Positions 28,559-38,526 are shown, numbered from the stretch's first letter. The stretch is 64,000 bases of DNA from a virus (IMGVR_UViG_3300028735_000004:32001-96000); one strand, 5' to 3'. Notes: generated by a model from the sequence alone, not told the origin. Program-made: numbers and translations.

Positions 28559-29599
28559 TTACTGTTTAATACTTTTAATATCTAATTTATCATTATATAA
28601 TGTAATAATCCACTTTCCAATTCCTTTAACAATATCTCTATCTTTTGTTTCAATAAAAATTTTAGCAATTTCGTGTTTTAAAATTGGAATATCGACTTGA
28701 GCATTTGGTTCTGAACTTTGTGGATCCATTAACGAAATAGTAGGATTTTTACCATCATTATTATAACTCAATAAAGTATATTTATTTTTAATTAAATAAT
28801 CCTTTATTAATTCTTTAAACTTATTGTTTGCCTGAGAAATTGCAACCCTATGATCTTTTGCAAAAACTGGTATAATCTCAACTCTTGACATTAAGCTTTC
28901 TATACTGCCTTTTATGGGACCATCAAAAGCCTCTACTGGATTTGGCGAATTACTACACAAAATAGTCGGAAGTTTATTTTGAGATCTGTTTCTTAAAATA
29001 TGCTCAAGTGTTTTTCCAAATAAATCGGCAGTATTTGCTGTTCCAATATAACGACTATCAAATTCATCTATGACGAGAAAATCTATAGTCATCAATTCTC
29101 TTCTTGCCGCATTAACCTCATCATCATATGTGGTTAAAATATTAACAATATCAGTTAATGTTGTATATAGACAAAGATAATTTTTATGACAAGCTTTTTT
29201 AAGAATAGATGTAGATGTTAGTGTTTTACCTACTCCGTGTGGACCCGCAAGACATATAGATTTTCCATCCATATATACTTTATCTAAATCTTTAACTGTA
29301 TCTAAATAAATTTTTAATAATTCTTTTGGCCCAACAAAATCCTTTACATCTTCAAGATTATTTGGCATAGAAAGGTGCCAATACTCTAAAGGTATATTAC
29401 TTTCAAAATATCTTGTAAAGGCCGTTATTTTTACGCCACAATCTGGACAAACGCCTTCATTTACCTGTTCTATTGTTTTGAACTTTTTTGCCGAACAATT
29501 TTTGCAACTCTGAACCAAGTCCAATATCTTGTTGTGCAACTTGCGATCCGGTATGTTGCATAGCGCCTTCGCTCTTGATATTAATAAACGGTAATCCAT
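28559..29599 (-). CDS. DnaC/IstB-like AAA+ helicase loader
   Basis: N-terminal CxxC..CxxC, GPHGVGKT, FLVIDEF, RSQNKLPTILCSN. Lies next to dnaB. Confidence 0.82.
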   Translation of the reverse strand: MDYRLLISRAKALCNIPDRKLHNKILDLVQSCKNCSAKKFKTIEQVNEGVCPDCGVKITAFTRYFESNIPLEYWHLSMPNNLEDVKDFVGPKELLKIYLDTVKDLDKVYMDGKSICLAGPHGVGKTLTSTSILKKACHKNYLCLYTTLTDIVNILTTYDDEVNAARRELMTIDFLVIDEFDSRYIGTANTADLFGKTLEHILRNRSQNKLPTILCSNSPNPVEAFDGPIKGSIESLMSRVEIIPVFAKDHRVAISQANNKFKELIKDYLIKNKYTLLSYNNDGKNPTISLMDPQSSEPNAQVDIPILKHEIAKIFIETKDRDIVKGIGKWIITLYNDKLDIKSIKQ

Positions 29600-29933
29600 A
29601 TTCTACTTTCCTAAGTCCGTCAGGTTGATGAGTTTTTAATTTTTGTTCTATCTCTGCTTTTTCTAATTCTATATATTGTTTTTTAAGTTCCGCTAATTTT
29701 GGAATATCTTCTGGTTTGACTGCTTTTTCTTGTATTTTATCTATTTGTTGAACAACATAATCAAATATTTTATAAAACATAACATCATCTAATGTTTTAT
29801 TAATAACTATAGTAGATGCGTTTGATAACGATTTCAAAATACTTTTATTATCTGACCAACTTATAACTTCTCCAGATAATTGAACTCCATTTTTAAAAAC
29901 AACTAAAACTTGCTGGCCTTGTTTTGGTGTCAT
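29457..29933 (-). CDS. Hypothetical protein with Sm/Hfq-like N-terminal strand pattern
   Basis: QQVLVVFKNGVQLSGEVISW, followed by a coiled-coil region. Confidence 0.55.
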   Translation of the reverse strand: MTPKQGQQVLVVFKNGVQLSGEVISWSDNKSILKSLSNASTIVINKTLDDVMFYKIFDYVVQQIDKIQEKAVKPEDIPKLAELKKQYIELEKAEIEQKLKTHQPDGLRKVEYGLPFINIKSEGAMQHTGSQVAQQDIGLGSELQKLFGKKVQNNRTGK

Positions 29934-30541
29934 TTTAAAGTATCCAAAATATTTAAATCAAAACCATTTAAAATCAATTCATCAAATAGTTTTTGATATG
30001 GTTTTGCCGAAGAATAATCATTGCCTTTTTTAAGAAAGGCAAGATCTCCGTATGTAATTATATCAGCGTTGTATTTATCTATAATTTGTTTATATTTAAT
30101 AGATATCTTGGTGGTCCGATCTATTTTATTTTGCATTAAAAATTTAAACTTATAATCATTCACCAAATCTAAATTAGTCAAATATCCTATTGATGTAATA
30201 CGCTTTTTTCTTTCTTTAACTTTATCTTGAAATATCCAATCAATATAATTTTTTAATACTTGTGGATCCCTACTAATCATACTCGCAAGTTTTTTAAATT
30301 GAAATACCTCATATGATTTTGAAGGAGCTGTATTATTAAATTTAAATGTATAATCTAAATTATAATATTCTTTATACTTTAAACAAAAATAACCAATAAT
30401 ATGAGTTAAGCTCCATTCTGATAAAGGTTTTTCTTTTATTTCGGAAAATTGTTGAAAAAACTTTTGATATGCCGGTGATATTTGTTCGTTTAATGATAAA
30501 TTCATTTTTTTATCTTTCATCTTTAATCCAATGAACCTCAA
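29930..30541 (-). CDS. Hypothetical protein in the replication cluster
   Basis: Coupled ORF between the helicase and the loader. Confidence 0.65.
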   Translation of the reverse strand: MRFIGLKMKDKKMNLSLNEQISPAYQKFFQQFSEIKEKPLSEWSLTHIIGYFCLKYKEYYNLDYTFKFNNTAPSKSYEVFQFKKLASMISRDPQVLKNYIDWIFQDKVKERKKRITSIGYLTNLDLVNDYKFKFLMQNKIDRTTKISIKYKQIIDKYNADIITYGDLAFLKKGNDYSSAKPYQKLFDELILNGFDLNILDTLK

Positions 30542-31997
30542 AACCAGGCTCTGAAGAATAAATTTTATATCTAATTTTAGAGTGATTTCTTAAATATTTT
30601 GCATCATCAAAAAAATCAACTATTGCTACTTGATTTTTACCAGGATATTTTCTGATAACTCTACCTACTCTTTGTAATGCTTTAACTGTGCTCTTGCCAC
30701 CACTTGCTAAAATTAATCCAGATAGACTTGGAACATCTACGCCAATATCATATATCCTTGAAGCTATCACAACATCAATTTCTTTATTTAGTAATTTTTG
30801 TTTTATCTCATCTCGTGTTTGACTATCATCTTTACCAGATAGTAGCGCACATTTCAAATGAGGAGATATAAGTTTATATAAAATATCTCCGTGCTTAATT
30901 GTATTAAAAAGCACAAGAGTTTGATATCCTTTTTCTTTAAGTTTAATTGCATATTTTAAAATTAAACCATTTCTTTGCATATTTTCAACTATATAATTTT
31001 GATATACAGATTGATAAGTGCGTCCTTCCGGATCTAATAATGGAGCTACTTTAACAAATCTAATAACTGGTTTTGCTAAAAATTTTCTATTAATTAATAT
31101 CGAGGCTGGAATATCCATTATATATTTTCCAAGAATAGCCTCAATCATTAAATCTTGATTGTCATCTCGCCAAGGAGTTCCACTTAAACCATAGATATGT
31201 TCTGGATTAGAATATTTATAAATTTTTTGAATTGTATCACAGGCACAAATATGACACTCGTCTAAAAGATGCACTTTAACTTCTTTTAACATTTTTAAAA
31301 TATCTGCATATTTTGTTTTATCAACTTTTTCATCTTCATCATTGTCAAGAAGAATATCTTTCTTTTTAATACCGAGAGCTTGGCCTACTGTCCAAATACT
31401 TGCTATATTAAATTTGGCAATTTTGCATTGACCATCGCCTATTATACCAACCTGATCTTCTCCAAAAATTTCAACAAATAATTGATAAAATTGATATAAT
31501 AAATCTTTACCGATAACATATAAAATTGTTGATTTACCAAAATGCGCTGTCATTAATGCGGCAATTAAACTTTTGCCTGCTCCAGTGGCCGCCCTAATAA
31601 TTCCACGATCATATTGTTTTATTTTATCTAACACTTGCAGCTGATAATCATAAGGCTCTTTACCTATTGATTTTAATTTATCAGTAATATTTAATGGTAT
31701 GCCTACACTTTTGGGTTTTGAAATGTTCAAAACCTGAACCTCCCTACCATTTTCTTTATAAAAATCAATAACCCTTTCGAGCAAGCCGGATGGAAAAACT
31801 AATTTATTAGTTAATATTCTCTTAATGCCATCCCATTTATAAAATTTTCCATCTGGGCCATAAGTTCCCCTAAATGCTGGTGTATATTCTGCGCCTGCAA
31901 CTTTAAAAGAAAGATGTTTATCTAAAGATTTAAGAAAACTCCAATCTTTTTCTCCATCTATTTTGCAATATTTATTATTAACTAATATAGTAGCCAT
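30510..31997 (-). CDS. Superfamily II DExD/H helicase (UvsW/XPB-like)
   Basis: AATGAGKS, LLDECH, GLSGTP, GVDVPSL and QRVGRVIR. Confidence 0.92.
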   Translation of the reverse strand: MATILVNNKYCKIDGEKDWSFLKSLDKHLSFKVAGAEYTPAFRGTYGPDGKFYKWDGIKRILTNKLVFPSGLLERVIDFYKENGREVQVLNISKPKSVGIPLNITDKLKSIGKEPYDYQLQVLDKIKQYDRGIIRAATGAGKSLIAALMTAHFGKSTILYVIGKDLLYQFYQLFVEIFGEDQVGIIGDGQCKIAKFNIASIWTVGQALGIKKKDILLDNDEDEKVDKTKYADILKMLKEVKVHLLDECHICACDTIQKIYKYSNPEHIYGLSGTPWRDDNQDLMIEAILGKYIMDIPASILINRKFLAKPVIRFVKVAPLLDPEGRTYQSVYQNYIVENMQRNGLILKYAIKLKEKGYQTLVLFNTIKHGDILYKLISPHLKCALLSGKDDSQTRDEIKQKLLNKEIDVVIASRIYDIGVDVPSLSGLILASGGKSTVKALQRVGRVIRKYPGKNQVAIVDFFDDAKYLRNHSKIRYKIYSSEPGFEVHWIKDER

Positions 31998-32247
31998 TAT
32001 TTATCTCTATTCACTAAATAATCACTTTCCCAAATTGAAATAATATTATATCCAATTTTTTTAACATCTTTTCTTTTTCCAAAGTGGCAGCATATAATTC
32101 TTTAAAAGCAATATTACATTTTTTATTTATTTTATTACTATCAAAAACTTTAGGATTTACGTGCCAATAGTCGCCATAAAATTCATAAATAGTGTTGGTT
32201 TCTGGCACATAAGCATTGATAAATTTTGAAGTAGATCTTTCAATCAT
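31997..32247 (-). pseudogene. Truncated, frameshifted remnant of a nuclease paralogous to 26475-27173
   Basis: IYEFYGDYWHVNPK matches the C-terminus of the paralogue. Adding one base in the T7 run at 32056-32062 restores GYNIISIWESDYLVNRDK and a TAATG overlap with the helicase. Confidence 0.8.
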
Positions 32248-33236
32248 TTAAATAAAGAAAATAATTTCTTAATTAAATCAAAAATAAAACCCAATGGATT
32301 AAATGCATTCTTCATCAACAATGCATCAACATTATCTTCCGAATGAGATACCGCTTCTCTTGGTATCTCTAAAGGAATGCCTATTTCCTCAAGTTCTACT
32401 GGTGAAAATTGAGACTCTGTTTTTGTTGGCCCTGGAGTTTCTTTATATAATTTTTCCAATACCGCCCAGACCTCTTTAGAACAAGCATCGTAAGAATACA
32501 AGGAAATAGGAAGATCTGGATATGCTTTAACAAACTTGGCAACATCTTCTGGATTTAATACGGAAGGAGCTTTCGGTGCCATTGGTCCTTTGCCGTAAGT
32601 ATTTCCAATTGGCCATACTGGTTTTGCAGATTGTGGATTTTTTTGATTAAATTTAACCCACTCATTATTGGTCCAAGATACTATTTTATCAACAGGACGG
32701 CCTATCTCTGCCCAATAACTTTGTGGCATTACCGCATCCATATATTTCCCGAAACCAATATACGGAAAATCTAAATGATACGAGACGATAGGGAAAGGGG
32801 CGTGCGCTATAAAAACATCTCCAACTTGCTTTCGGAGTTCAACCATATATTGTTCGGCAATTTGATTTGCATTTTTTGCCATTTGCCATTCGATCTCTGC
32901 GTTAATAATTAAACCGTCCGCCCCATCATCTATGCATCCTTTAAGTACGGGGATTTCTTTCTGCCATACTTCAGGTTTTGAATAAACCCATACATAAACT
33001 TTAATATCATTATCATGGCAAAGTTTAACAATTTTTTTAGCATTTTCGTTATTAAATTGTTGATATCTTGTAGTCTCTCCACATTTAATAGCCAGCCATT
33101 TAACGCCAGTTTTTTTACACCGATCAATTATTTTATCCCAATTGCCATTGTCGCAATTTTTAATTTGCCAGATCCACATACCTAAACCAGATGGTGCTAT
33201 TTTCATTTTTACCTTATATCCTATATATCTTGCCAA
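32244..33236 (-). CDS. TIM-barrel glycoside hydrolase-like protein, putative endolysin
   Basis: GMWIWQ..GVKWLAIK, YVWVY, GLIINAE, DAVMPQSYW, PVWPIG and a C-terminal amphipathic helix. Confidence 0.6.
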   Translation of the reverse strand: MARYIGYKVKMKIAPSGLGMWIWQIKNCDNGNWDKIIDRCKKTGVKWLAIKCGETTRYQQFNNENAKKIVKLCHDNDIKVYVWVYSKPEVWQKEIPVLKGCIDDGADGLIINAEIEWQMAKNANQIAEQYMVELRKQVGDVFIAHAPFPIVSYHLDFPYIGFGKYMDAVMPQSYWAEIGRPVDKIVSWTNNEWVKFNQKNPQSAKPVWPIGNTYGKGPMAPKAPSVLNPEDVAKFVKAYPDLPISLYSYDACSKEVWAVLEKLYKETPGPTKTESQFSPVELEEIGIPLEIPREAVSHSEDNVDALLMKNAFNPLGFIFDLIKKLFSLFK

Positions 33237-34120
33237 GTTTTGTTTTCAACTATTAATTTTATAGTTCTTCTGCTAACATTAAATTGTTTTGATAAAATTG
33301 TTTTATTTTTGACAATTGGCCATAATTTTCTAATTTTTAACACATCTTCTTCAGTTAATTTATTACTTGGCGCTCCGGAACCTTTATATTTATTTTTACG
33401 CATCATAATGTCTCTATCAATAATTAACTTTTTAGATAAATTTGTGTCTAAATTTAGATTTTTCCAAGTTCGACCAGATAACATATCCCAGATCAAAAAT
33501 TTAGAAACATTGAATTTTTTAGAAGTTTCAAATATAGAAACATTATTATTAATAAAATAATTATAAATATCAATAATTTTACTTTCAGTTAATTTGGCTC
33601 CGGGTTTTCTTTTAATGGGGTGTTTATTTAATTCTGACCAACATTTACCTCTTATTATTCTATTGACTGTTGATTTAGATACATTGTATGTTTGTTTAAT
33701 ATCACTCACTTTAGCGCCACAATTATATGCTTCTAATATTTCTAATACTTGTTTTTTTGATAACTTTGCGGTATTTATTTTTTCTTTTTGTTTCGTGGTG
33801 TATTTATACCCAGAAATACCTTCACCGCCATCTGTTAAATTATAGCCATATTTATTACCGTATTTTTTAACATTAGTTTTATATAAACTAATGTAATAAA
33901 TTTCTCTATTAGTTAATTCATCTTGTATTAAATTTTCTTCCAAAATTTCAAATTTAAAATTATCTATGCCATATTTTTTGATAGCCTTATGAATCAAAGA
34001 TTTTTTAATATCTTTTTTAGATGTGTAAATATGTTTATACCATCTTTTTTTATAATCAGATGTTTTGCCAATATAAATTTTATTATTTAATAAATTGGTA
34101 ATTTTATAAACACAATTCAT
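33221..34120 (-). CDS. GIY-YIG homing endonuclease with three C-terminal HTH repeats
   Basis: CVYKITNLLNNKIYIGKT, REIYYI, GYNLTDGGEG and three KL(S/T)....I...FNVS...I...W modules. Confidence 0.9.
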   Translation of the reverse strand: MNCVYKITNLLNNKIYIGKTSDYKKRWYKHIYTSKKDIKKSLIHKAIKKYGIDNFKFEILEENLIQDELTNREIYYISLYKTNVKKYGNKYGYNLTDGGEGISGYKYTTKQKEKINTAKLSKKQVLEILEAYNCGAKVSDIKQTYNVSKSTVNRIIRGKCWSELNKHPIKRKPGAKLTESKIIDIYNYFINNNVSIFETSKKFNVSKFLIWDMLSGRTWKNLNLDTNLSKKLIIDRDIMMRKNKYKGSGAPSNKLTEEDVLKIRKLWPIVKNKTILSKQFNVSRRTIKLIVENKTWQDI

Positions 34121-34138
34121 AAATCAAATACCTAATAC

Positions 34139-34411
34139 TCAATTACTTTTTGGAACGCACATAAATTTTAACATAATTATTGCGTTCAATTCTTTTTGAC
34201 GCTGATTAAATTCAATTATAGCAGGTTCCATATTATTTATTTCACATATGTCAGTGGCTAAATCAACCGCTTTTCTTTTAAGCGTTTCAGTATCATCCCC
34301 AATTCCAGATAGAACATATATATTTTTATGTTCGGCGTCTTGGGCGACATTATATTGGAATGTTGGAGCACAACTGAATAGTAATGTTGAAATTAATAAA
34401 CTTACTCTCAT
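34139..34411 (-). CDS. Small lipoprotein
   Basis: Likely start MRVSLLISTLLFSC (lipobox) at 34411, just after the tubulin stop. Has two further Cys. Confidence 0.65.
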   Translation of the reverse strand: MRVSLLISTLLFSCAPTFQYNVAQDAEHKNIYVLSGIGDDTETLKRKAVDLATDICEINNMEPAIIEFNQRQKELNAIIMLKFMCVPKSN

Positions 34412-34412
34412 A

Positions 34413-35774
34413 TCAACCTTTTCTACGATCAACCACACCTGTTGTAAATTTACCGAATGTAGAGGATTTTGCTGCAATCTTATTCTTTATTTCTTGAACT
34501 TTTGATACTGTTTCATCTTTGCCACTATCTAAATTCAAAGTTAAATTTCGTTGCTCGTCTTTAGTTTTTACTGTTTGCGTTAAAGTTTGAGCTTCTTTCT
34601 TTAGTTGTTCTACACGGCTCATAGGCAAACCTAAACCAGAAAACATAGAATAAACTTTTACACAATCTTCTGTATCTTCAGTTGTATAAACTCCTTTAAA
34701 AATACCTTTTGGAGTTCCACAATGATCTGAAATCATAGCTGTGGCATAATTAACTGCAACTGAAGGTATTTTTTTCCACACTTCTTTATTTGCAGTTAAT
34801 AATACGCCTACATATTTTGCTTGCTTAAGATCAAAACCACTTGCAAGAAGATTAGAGTTAAGATTTTCTACAACCGCTTCTGCTATTGCGGTTTCATCAG
34901 AATAATTTGAAACTTTAATTTCTCCATAAGTAGTTAAACCTTCACCGTCAATTAAAATTTTTGCTAATTCTGTTGGGTCTAATGGTTTAACATTAGATGG
35001 CATTGAAGATAATTTATTAAATACATCTAAAGGTTCTACGATTGCGCGGTTAGCAACATTATAGAAATCCATTTGACCAACATCGCTAAATAAACTTTCA
35101 ATCTTAGCATTATCAACTACAACAAGATTTGCTATTCGTTTTGTTTGAGCAAATTTTGTTAATTTAGATAAAGTTTCTAATGCATTATGTTTTGTTTGTG
35201 CATCCTCGGATTCCATAGGAAGAACCGTCATAACCATTAGTGGTTTTCCTGTTGATGTCAGAAGATCAACAATCGTTTCACAAGAGCCTGCACCAGAACC
35301 GCCACCTAAACTTAAACAAAACACTAAAACTTGAGCATCTGCAAGTTGATTATTGACCAACTCCATTATCTTATCTTTGTGAGCCTCTGCTGCAGCTTTA
35401 CCTAAGTCTAATTCTCGCGCAGCTCCACCTAAACCGAATTCTAATAATAATTTATTTGTTTCTGGAAGATTTAAAAATTTAAGATCTTGAGTAGCGGTAT
35501 TAACGGCAACTGCGTCATATCCTAAACGATAAAAAGTTTCAGCCAATCTGCCACCAGCCTGACCAGATCCAATAACTCCAAAATTTATACTTTTTTCAGA
35601 TTTTACAACTACTTTTGCAGGCATTTCATCCTCTTCTTTTTTTGCTAATTTTTTGCGCAATTCTGCTAATTTATCATTATCTATATCACTCATTTTATTT
35701 TTTTCCTTTTTATCTTCTAAATCATCAATAATATTTTCTTTTGGTAAATCTTCTATAAAAGTTTTAGATGTCAT
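34413..35774 (-). CDS. Tubulin/FtsZ-superfamily GTPase (PhuZ/CetZ-like)
   Basis: GSGQAGG (T1), AVNTA, GLGGAA, LGGGSGAG signature, VDN and LDPTEL (T7-like). GGTGAGG Shine-Dalgarno upstream. Confidence 0.92.
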   Translation of the reverse strand: MTSKTFIEDLPKENIIDDLEDKKEKNKMSDIDNDKLAELRKKLAKKEEDEMPAKVVVKSEKSINFGVIGSGQAGGRLAETFYRLGYDAVAVNTATQDLKFLNLPETNKLLLEFGLGGAARELDLGKAAAEAHKDKIMELVNNQLADAQVLVFCLSLGGGSGAGSCETIVDLLTSTGKPLMVMTVLPMESEDAQTKHNALETLSKLTKFAQTKRIANLVVVDNAKIESLFSDVGQMDFYNVANRAIVEPLDVFNKLSSMPSNVKPLDPTELAKILIDGEGLTTYGEIKVSNYSDETAIAEAVVENLNSNLLASGFDLKQAKYVGVLLTANKEVWKKIPSVAVNYATAMISDHCGTPKGIFKGVYTTEDTEDCVKVYSMFSGLGLPMSRVEQLKKEAQTLTQTVKTKDEQRNLTLNLDSGKDETVSKVQEIKNKIAAKSSTFGKFTTGVVDRRKG

Positions 35775-35848
35775 TTATACCTCACCAGCAAATATATCCT
35801 TATCTAAATTTATTTATTTTAAACCATATTATTATTTTGTATTTATTT

Positions 35849-36067
35849 ATGCTTAAAGGCTCTATTTTTAAATACTTCTTAGAATCAATGGATATTATTA
35901 AAAGTAATATGGCTAAGAGAATAATGTATAGTATTATACTAAGTCTTGCGACTCCTACAGAAATATATCACACTTCCGGAATTGTAGATTATAAAGCATT
36001 AAAAGCCGATACTGAAGGCATTGATGAACTTGTGAAATATGGTATAAAGCCTGCATTCACGAATTAA
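35849..36067 (+). CDS. Hypothetical ORF in an oppositely oriented cassette (uncertain)
   Basis: ATG at 35849 is in frame with track ORF 35768-36067. No recognisable motif. Confidence 0.3.
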   Translation: MLKGSIFKYFLESMDIIKSNMAKRIMYSIILSLATPTEIYHTSGIVDYKALKADTEGIDELVKYGIKPAFTN

Positions 36068-36073
36068 TACATT

Positions 36074-36700
36074 ATGGTGAGCAAGAAGATTATTATGAGG
36101 GTAATAAAGAAAGAGCTAATAAATCCAATCGATGTATATAAAGAAGTGGAAGATATTCTAACTGAAAGTGGAGATATTCATCGCTTCAAAGATTGGACTA
36201 CTAAAATTAGAAATAATTCAGAATATCATAAACAAAATCATAAAGAAAGACAAATTAATAAAGAGAAAATTGATATTAAAAAAACTCTATATAATCAATT
36301 TGTTAAACTAAATAATATACTTGATATTATAGATTATAATTTTAATATCATTAATAATAAAGAAGATTTAAAAACTAAATTTACTCAATATAAAAGATAT
36401 GAAGGTATTTATCTTCCAACTGTTGAAATAAATTATATAATATATGATATTGTGCAAACAATTAAAACAAGATCGTCAATTTATGACACAAAAAACGATG
36501 ATATAAGTGAATTATACTACTCTATAGAATTATATAATATATTAATAGAAAAATCAGGTATTAATTTATATGGGTTATTCAGCAAATATATGTATGAAGA
36601 AATGTCTACCGAAGGTATAACAAAATTAGAACAAGCATATAAAGAATACAATAAATTAATTAACGAATTCAGATATAAAATTGAATTTGCTTTAAGTTAA
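36074..36700 (+). CDS. Hypothetical protein on the opposite strand
   Basis: 208 aa ORF in very AT-rich DNA with no competing minus-strand ORF. Confidence 0.6.
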   Translation: MVSKKIIMRVIKKELINPIDVYKEVEDILTESGDIHRFKDWTTKIRNNSEYHKQNHKERQINKEKIDIKKTLYNQFVKLNNILDIIDYNFNIINNKEDLKTKFTQYKRYEGIYLPTVEINYIIYDIVQTIKTRSSIYDTKNDDISELYYSIELYNILIEKSGINLYGLFSKYMYEEMSTEGITKLEQAYKEYNKLINEFRYKIEFALS

Positions 36701-36708
36701 TTTAAACA

Positions 36709-37674
36709 TTATTTTCTAAACCACCACTGATTATTCATATACCACTCGCAAACTCCACCTATAGCTTCTTTAAACTTAAATTCTGGCTTCCATCCAAGTG
36801 CTCTTAACTTAGATGCATCAACAGAATATCTAAAATCGTGTCCTGGTCTTGGATCTTTAATATGAGTAATTAAAGAATGCCCATCACCGACAGCATTACA
36901 TACCATTTGAACAACTTCAATATTTCTATATTCTTGATTTGCGGAAATATTATATGTTTCATTAATTACATCTGAATTTAATATTTTTAATAAACCGGCG
37001 CAATTATCAAAAACATGTGTCCAATCTCTTATTTGTAAGCCTTGACCATAAATTGGTATAGGTTCTTTATTAATAATACTTTTAATTATTCTTGGTATTA
37101 ATTTATTTGATGTTTGTCTTGGACCATAGTTATTTGAAGATCTTGTTATCAAATATTGCAAGCCAAATGTGTTATGTGCCGCTTTAACAAGCAATTCGCC
37201 AGCCGCTTTTGATGCGCTGTATGGATTTTGAGGATCAATTGGATTATTTTCGGTCCAAGAAGCATCGTGTTCTGATTTTAACATACCGTATATTTCATCC
37301 GTAGATACATAAACAAATTTTTCTATTTTATGCTTTAATGAAGCCTCAATTATTACTTGAGTGCCAACTACATTATGCTCTACGAAAATACCAGGATCTT
37401 TTATAGAAGCATCTACCGAGCTTTCTGCAGCACCGTGAATAACAATATCTGGTTTTTCAAATTCAAAAATATTATTAATAATATGTCTGTCTCTAATATC
37501 AGCCAAATAAAAAGTATGATTTTTATTTGAATATATATTATTTAAGTCAGCAGGATTATTTACTCTATCAATGCTAATAAACTCATAGGGATATTTTTCA
37601 TATATTGCCTTACGAATAAAATTACTATAAATAAATCCACAACTTCCGGTAATTAAAATTTTTTTCTTACTCAT
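36709..37674 (-). CDS. rmlB: dTDP-glucose 4,6-dehydratase-like NDP-sugar dehydratase
   Basis: ITGSCGFI, HGAAESSVD, STDEIYG, YSASKA, SNNYGPRQ and RPGHDFRY. Confidence 0.9.
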   Translation of the reverse strand: MSKKKILITGSCGFIYSNFIRKAIYEKYPYEFISIDRVNNPADLNNIYSNKNHTFYLADIRDRHIINNIFEFEKPDIVIHGAAESSVDASIKDPGIFVEHNVVGTQVIIEASLKHKIEKFVYVSTDEIYGMLKSEHDASWTENNPIDPQNPYSASKAAGELLVKAAHNTFGLQYLITRSSNNYGPRQTSNKLIPRIIKSIINKEPIPIYGQGLQIRDWTHVFDNCAGLLKILNSDVINETYNISANQEYRNIEVVQMVCNAVGDGHSLITHIKDPRPGHDFRYSVDASKLRALGWKPEFKFKEAIGGVCEWYMNNQWWFRK

Positions 37675-37688
37675 TATTCCTCATATCT

Positions 37689-37697
37689 ATTATATCA
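37689..37697 (-). promoter_or_regulatory. Extended -10 element TGATATAAT upstream of the rmlB-like gene
   Basis: Exact TGnTATAAT followed by a GAGG RBS. Confidence 0.45.
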
Positions 37698-38525
37698 TCA
37701 TTTATATAAATTATATTTTGGATCTTGATATTTTTCAGCTTCTTTAACATCAATGTGTTTGTGCCAATGTGTTATAAATGTTTTAATATTGTGGTTCATA
37801 AATAATTTATTAACTGGATTAACTTTTAAACTTCCACTTTCTTCGTGATAGATATTAGTTTGACCACAATTAACTATTTTTTTACCAAGAAGATATTTAA
37901 TTCTGAAGCTCATATCTATATCTTCAAAGGCCCAAATATAATCTTCACAAAAGCCTTTATTACCAGATTTATTAGTAAAACAATTTTCAAATACATCTGA
38001 CTTCATTAAAGCGACAGCACCAGTTACGGCCGGAAAAATTCTATTCTGCCTGTCCCTATCTTCTTCTTTTTGATTTAATCTGAAATGATATGGTAATCCT
38101 CTGGAAGACATTGAGCATAATACTCCGGCGTGTTGAATTTTATCCGTATCAAAATAATTTAATTTAGCTCCAACTTGACCAACCGAGGGATCCTTTTCAA
38201 TAATATTAATCATATTTTTTAAAGAAGTTCGATCGTTAAATTGAATATCATTATTTAATGTTAAAATTAAATCATTTGACTTGGATGCTGCTTCTTTAAA
38301 TAAGAAATTCATACCTTGTGCATAACTATCTCTATTATGAGGATATGAAATTGGTATAATGTTTTGATTATTCCAAGATTTTATTTCTTCTATAGATCCG
38401 TCTGTAGAAGCATTATCTTTGATTAACCATTTAAAATCAACATTTTCTAACGCTGGTAATAAAGAGTTTTTCAATCTAATTAATTTATTTTTACCCTGCC
38501 AATTTAATGTAAGTAAGTATAACAT
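37698..38525 (-). CDS. Glycosyltransferase family 2
   Basis: LTLNWQG, KDNASTDGS, LNND, AVTGAVAL, FEDIDMS and YHEES. Likely start at 38525. Confidence 0.9.
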   Translation of the reverse strand: MLYLLTLNWQGKNKLIRLKNSLLPALENVDFKWLIKDNASTDGSIEEIKSWNNQNIIPISYPHNRDSYAQGMNFLFKEAASKSNDLILTLNNDIQFNDRTSLKNMINIIEKDPSVGQVGAKLNYFDTDKIQHAGVLCSMSSRGLPYHFRLNQKEEDRDRQNRIFPAVTGAVALMKSDVFENCFTNKSGNKGFCEDYIWAFEDIDMSFRIKYLLGKKIVNCGQTNIYHEESGSLKVNPVNKLFMNHNIKTFITHWHKHIDVKEAEKYQDPKYNLYK

Positions 38526-38526
38526 T

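Noticed and set aside
34413-35774. Cellular ftsZ, implying a bacterial or archaeal chromosome
   Set aside because: The loop motifs are not FtsZ-like, there are no dcw or housekeeping neighbours, and baseplate and fibre genes show a phage.
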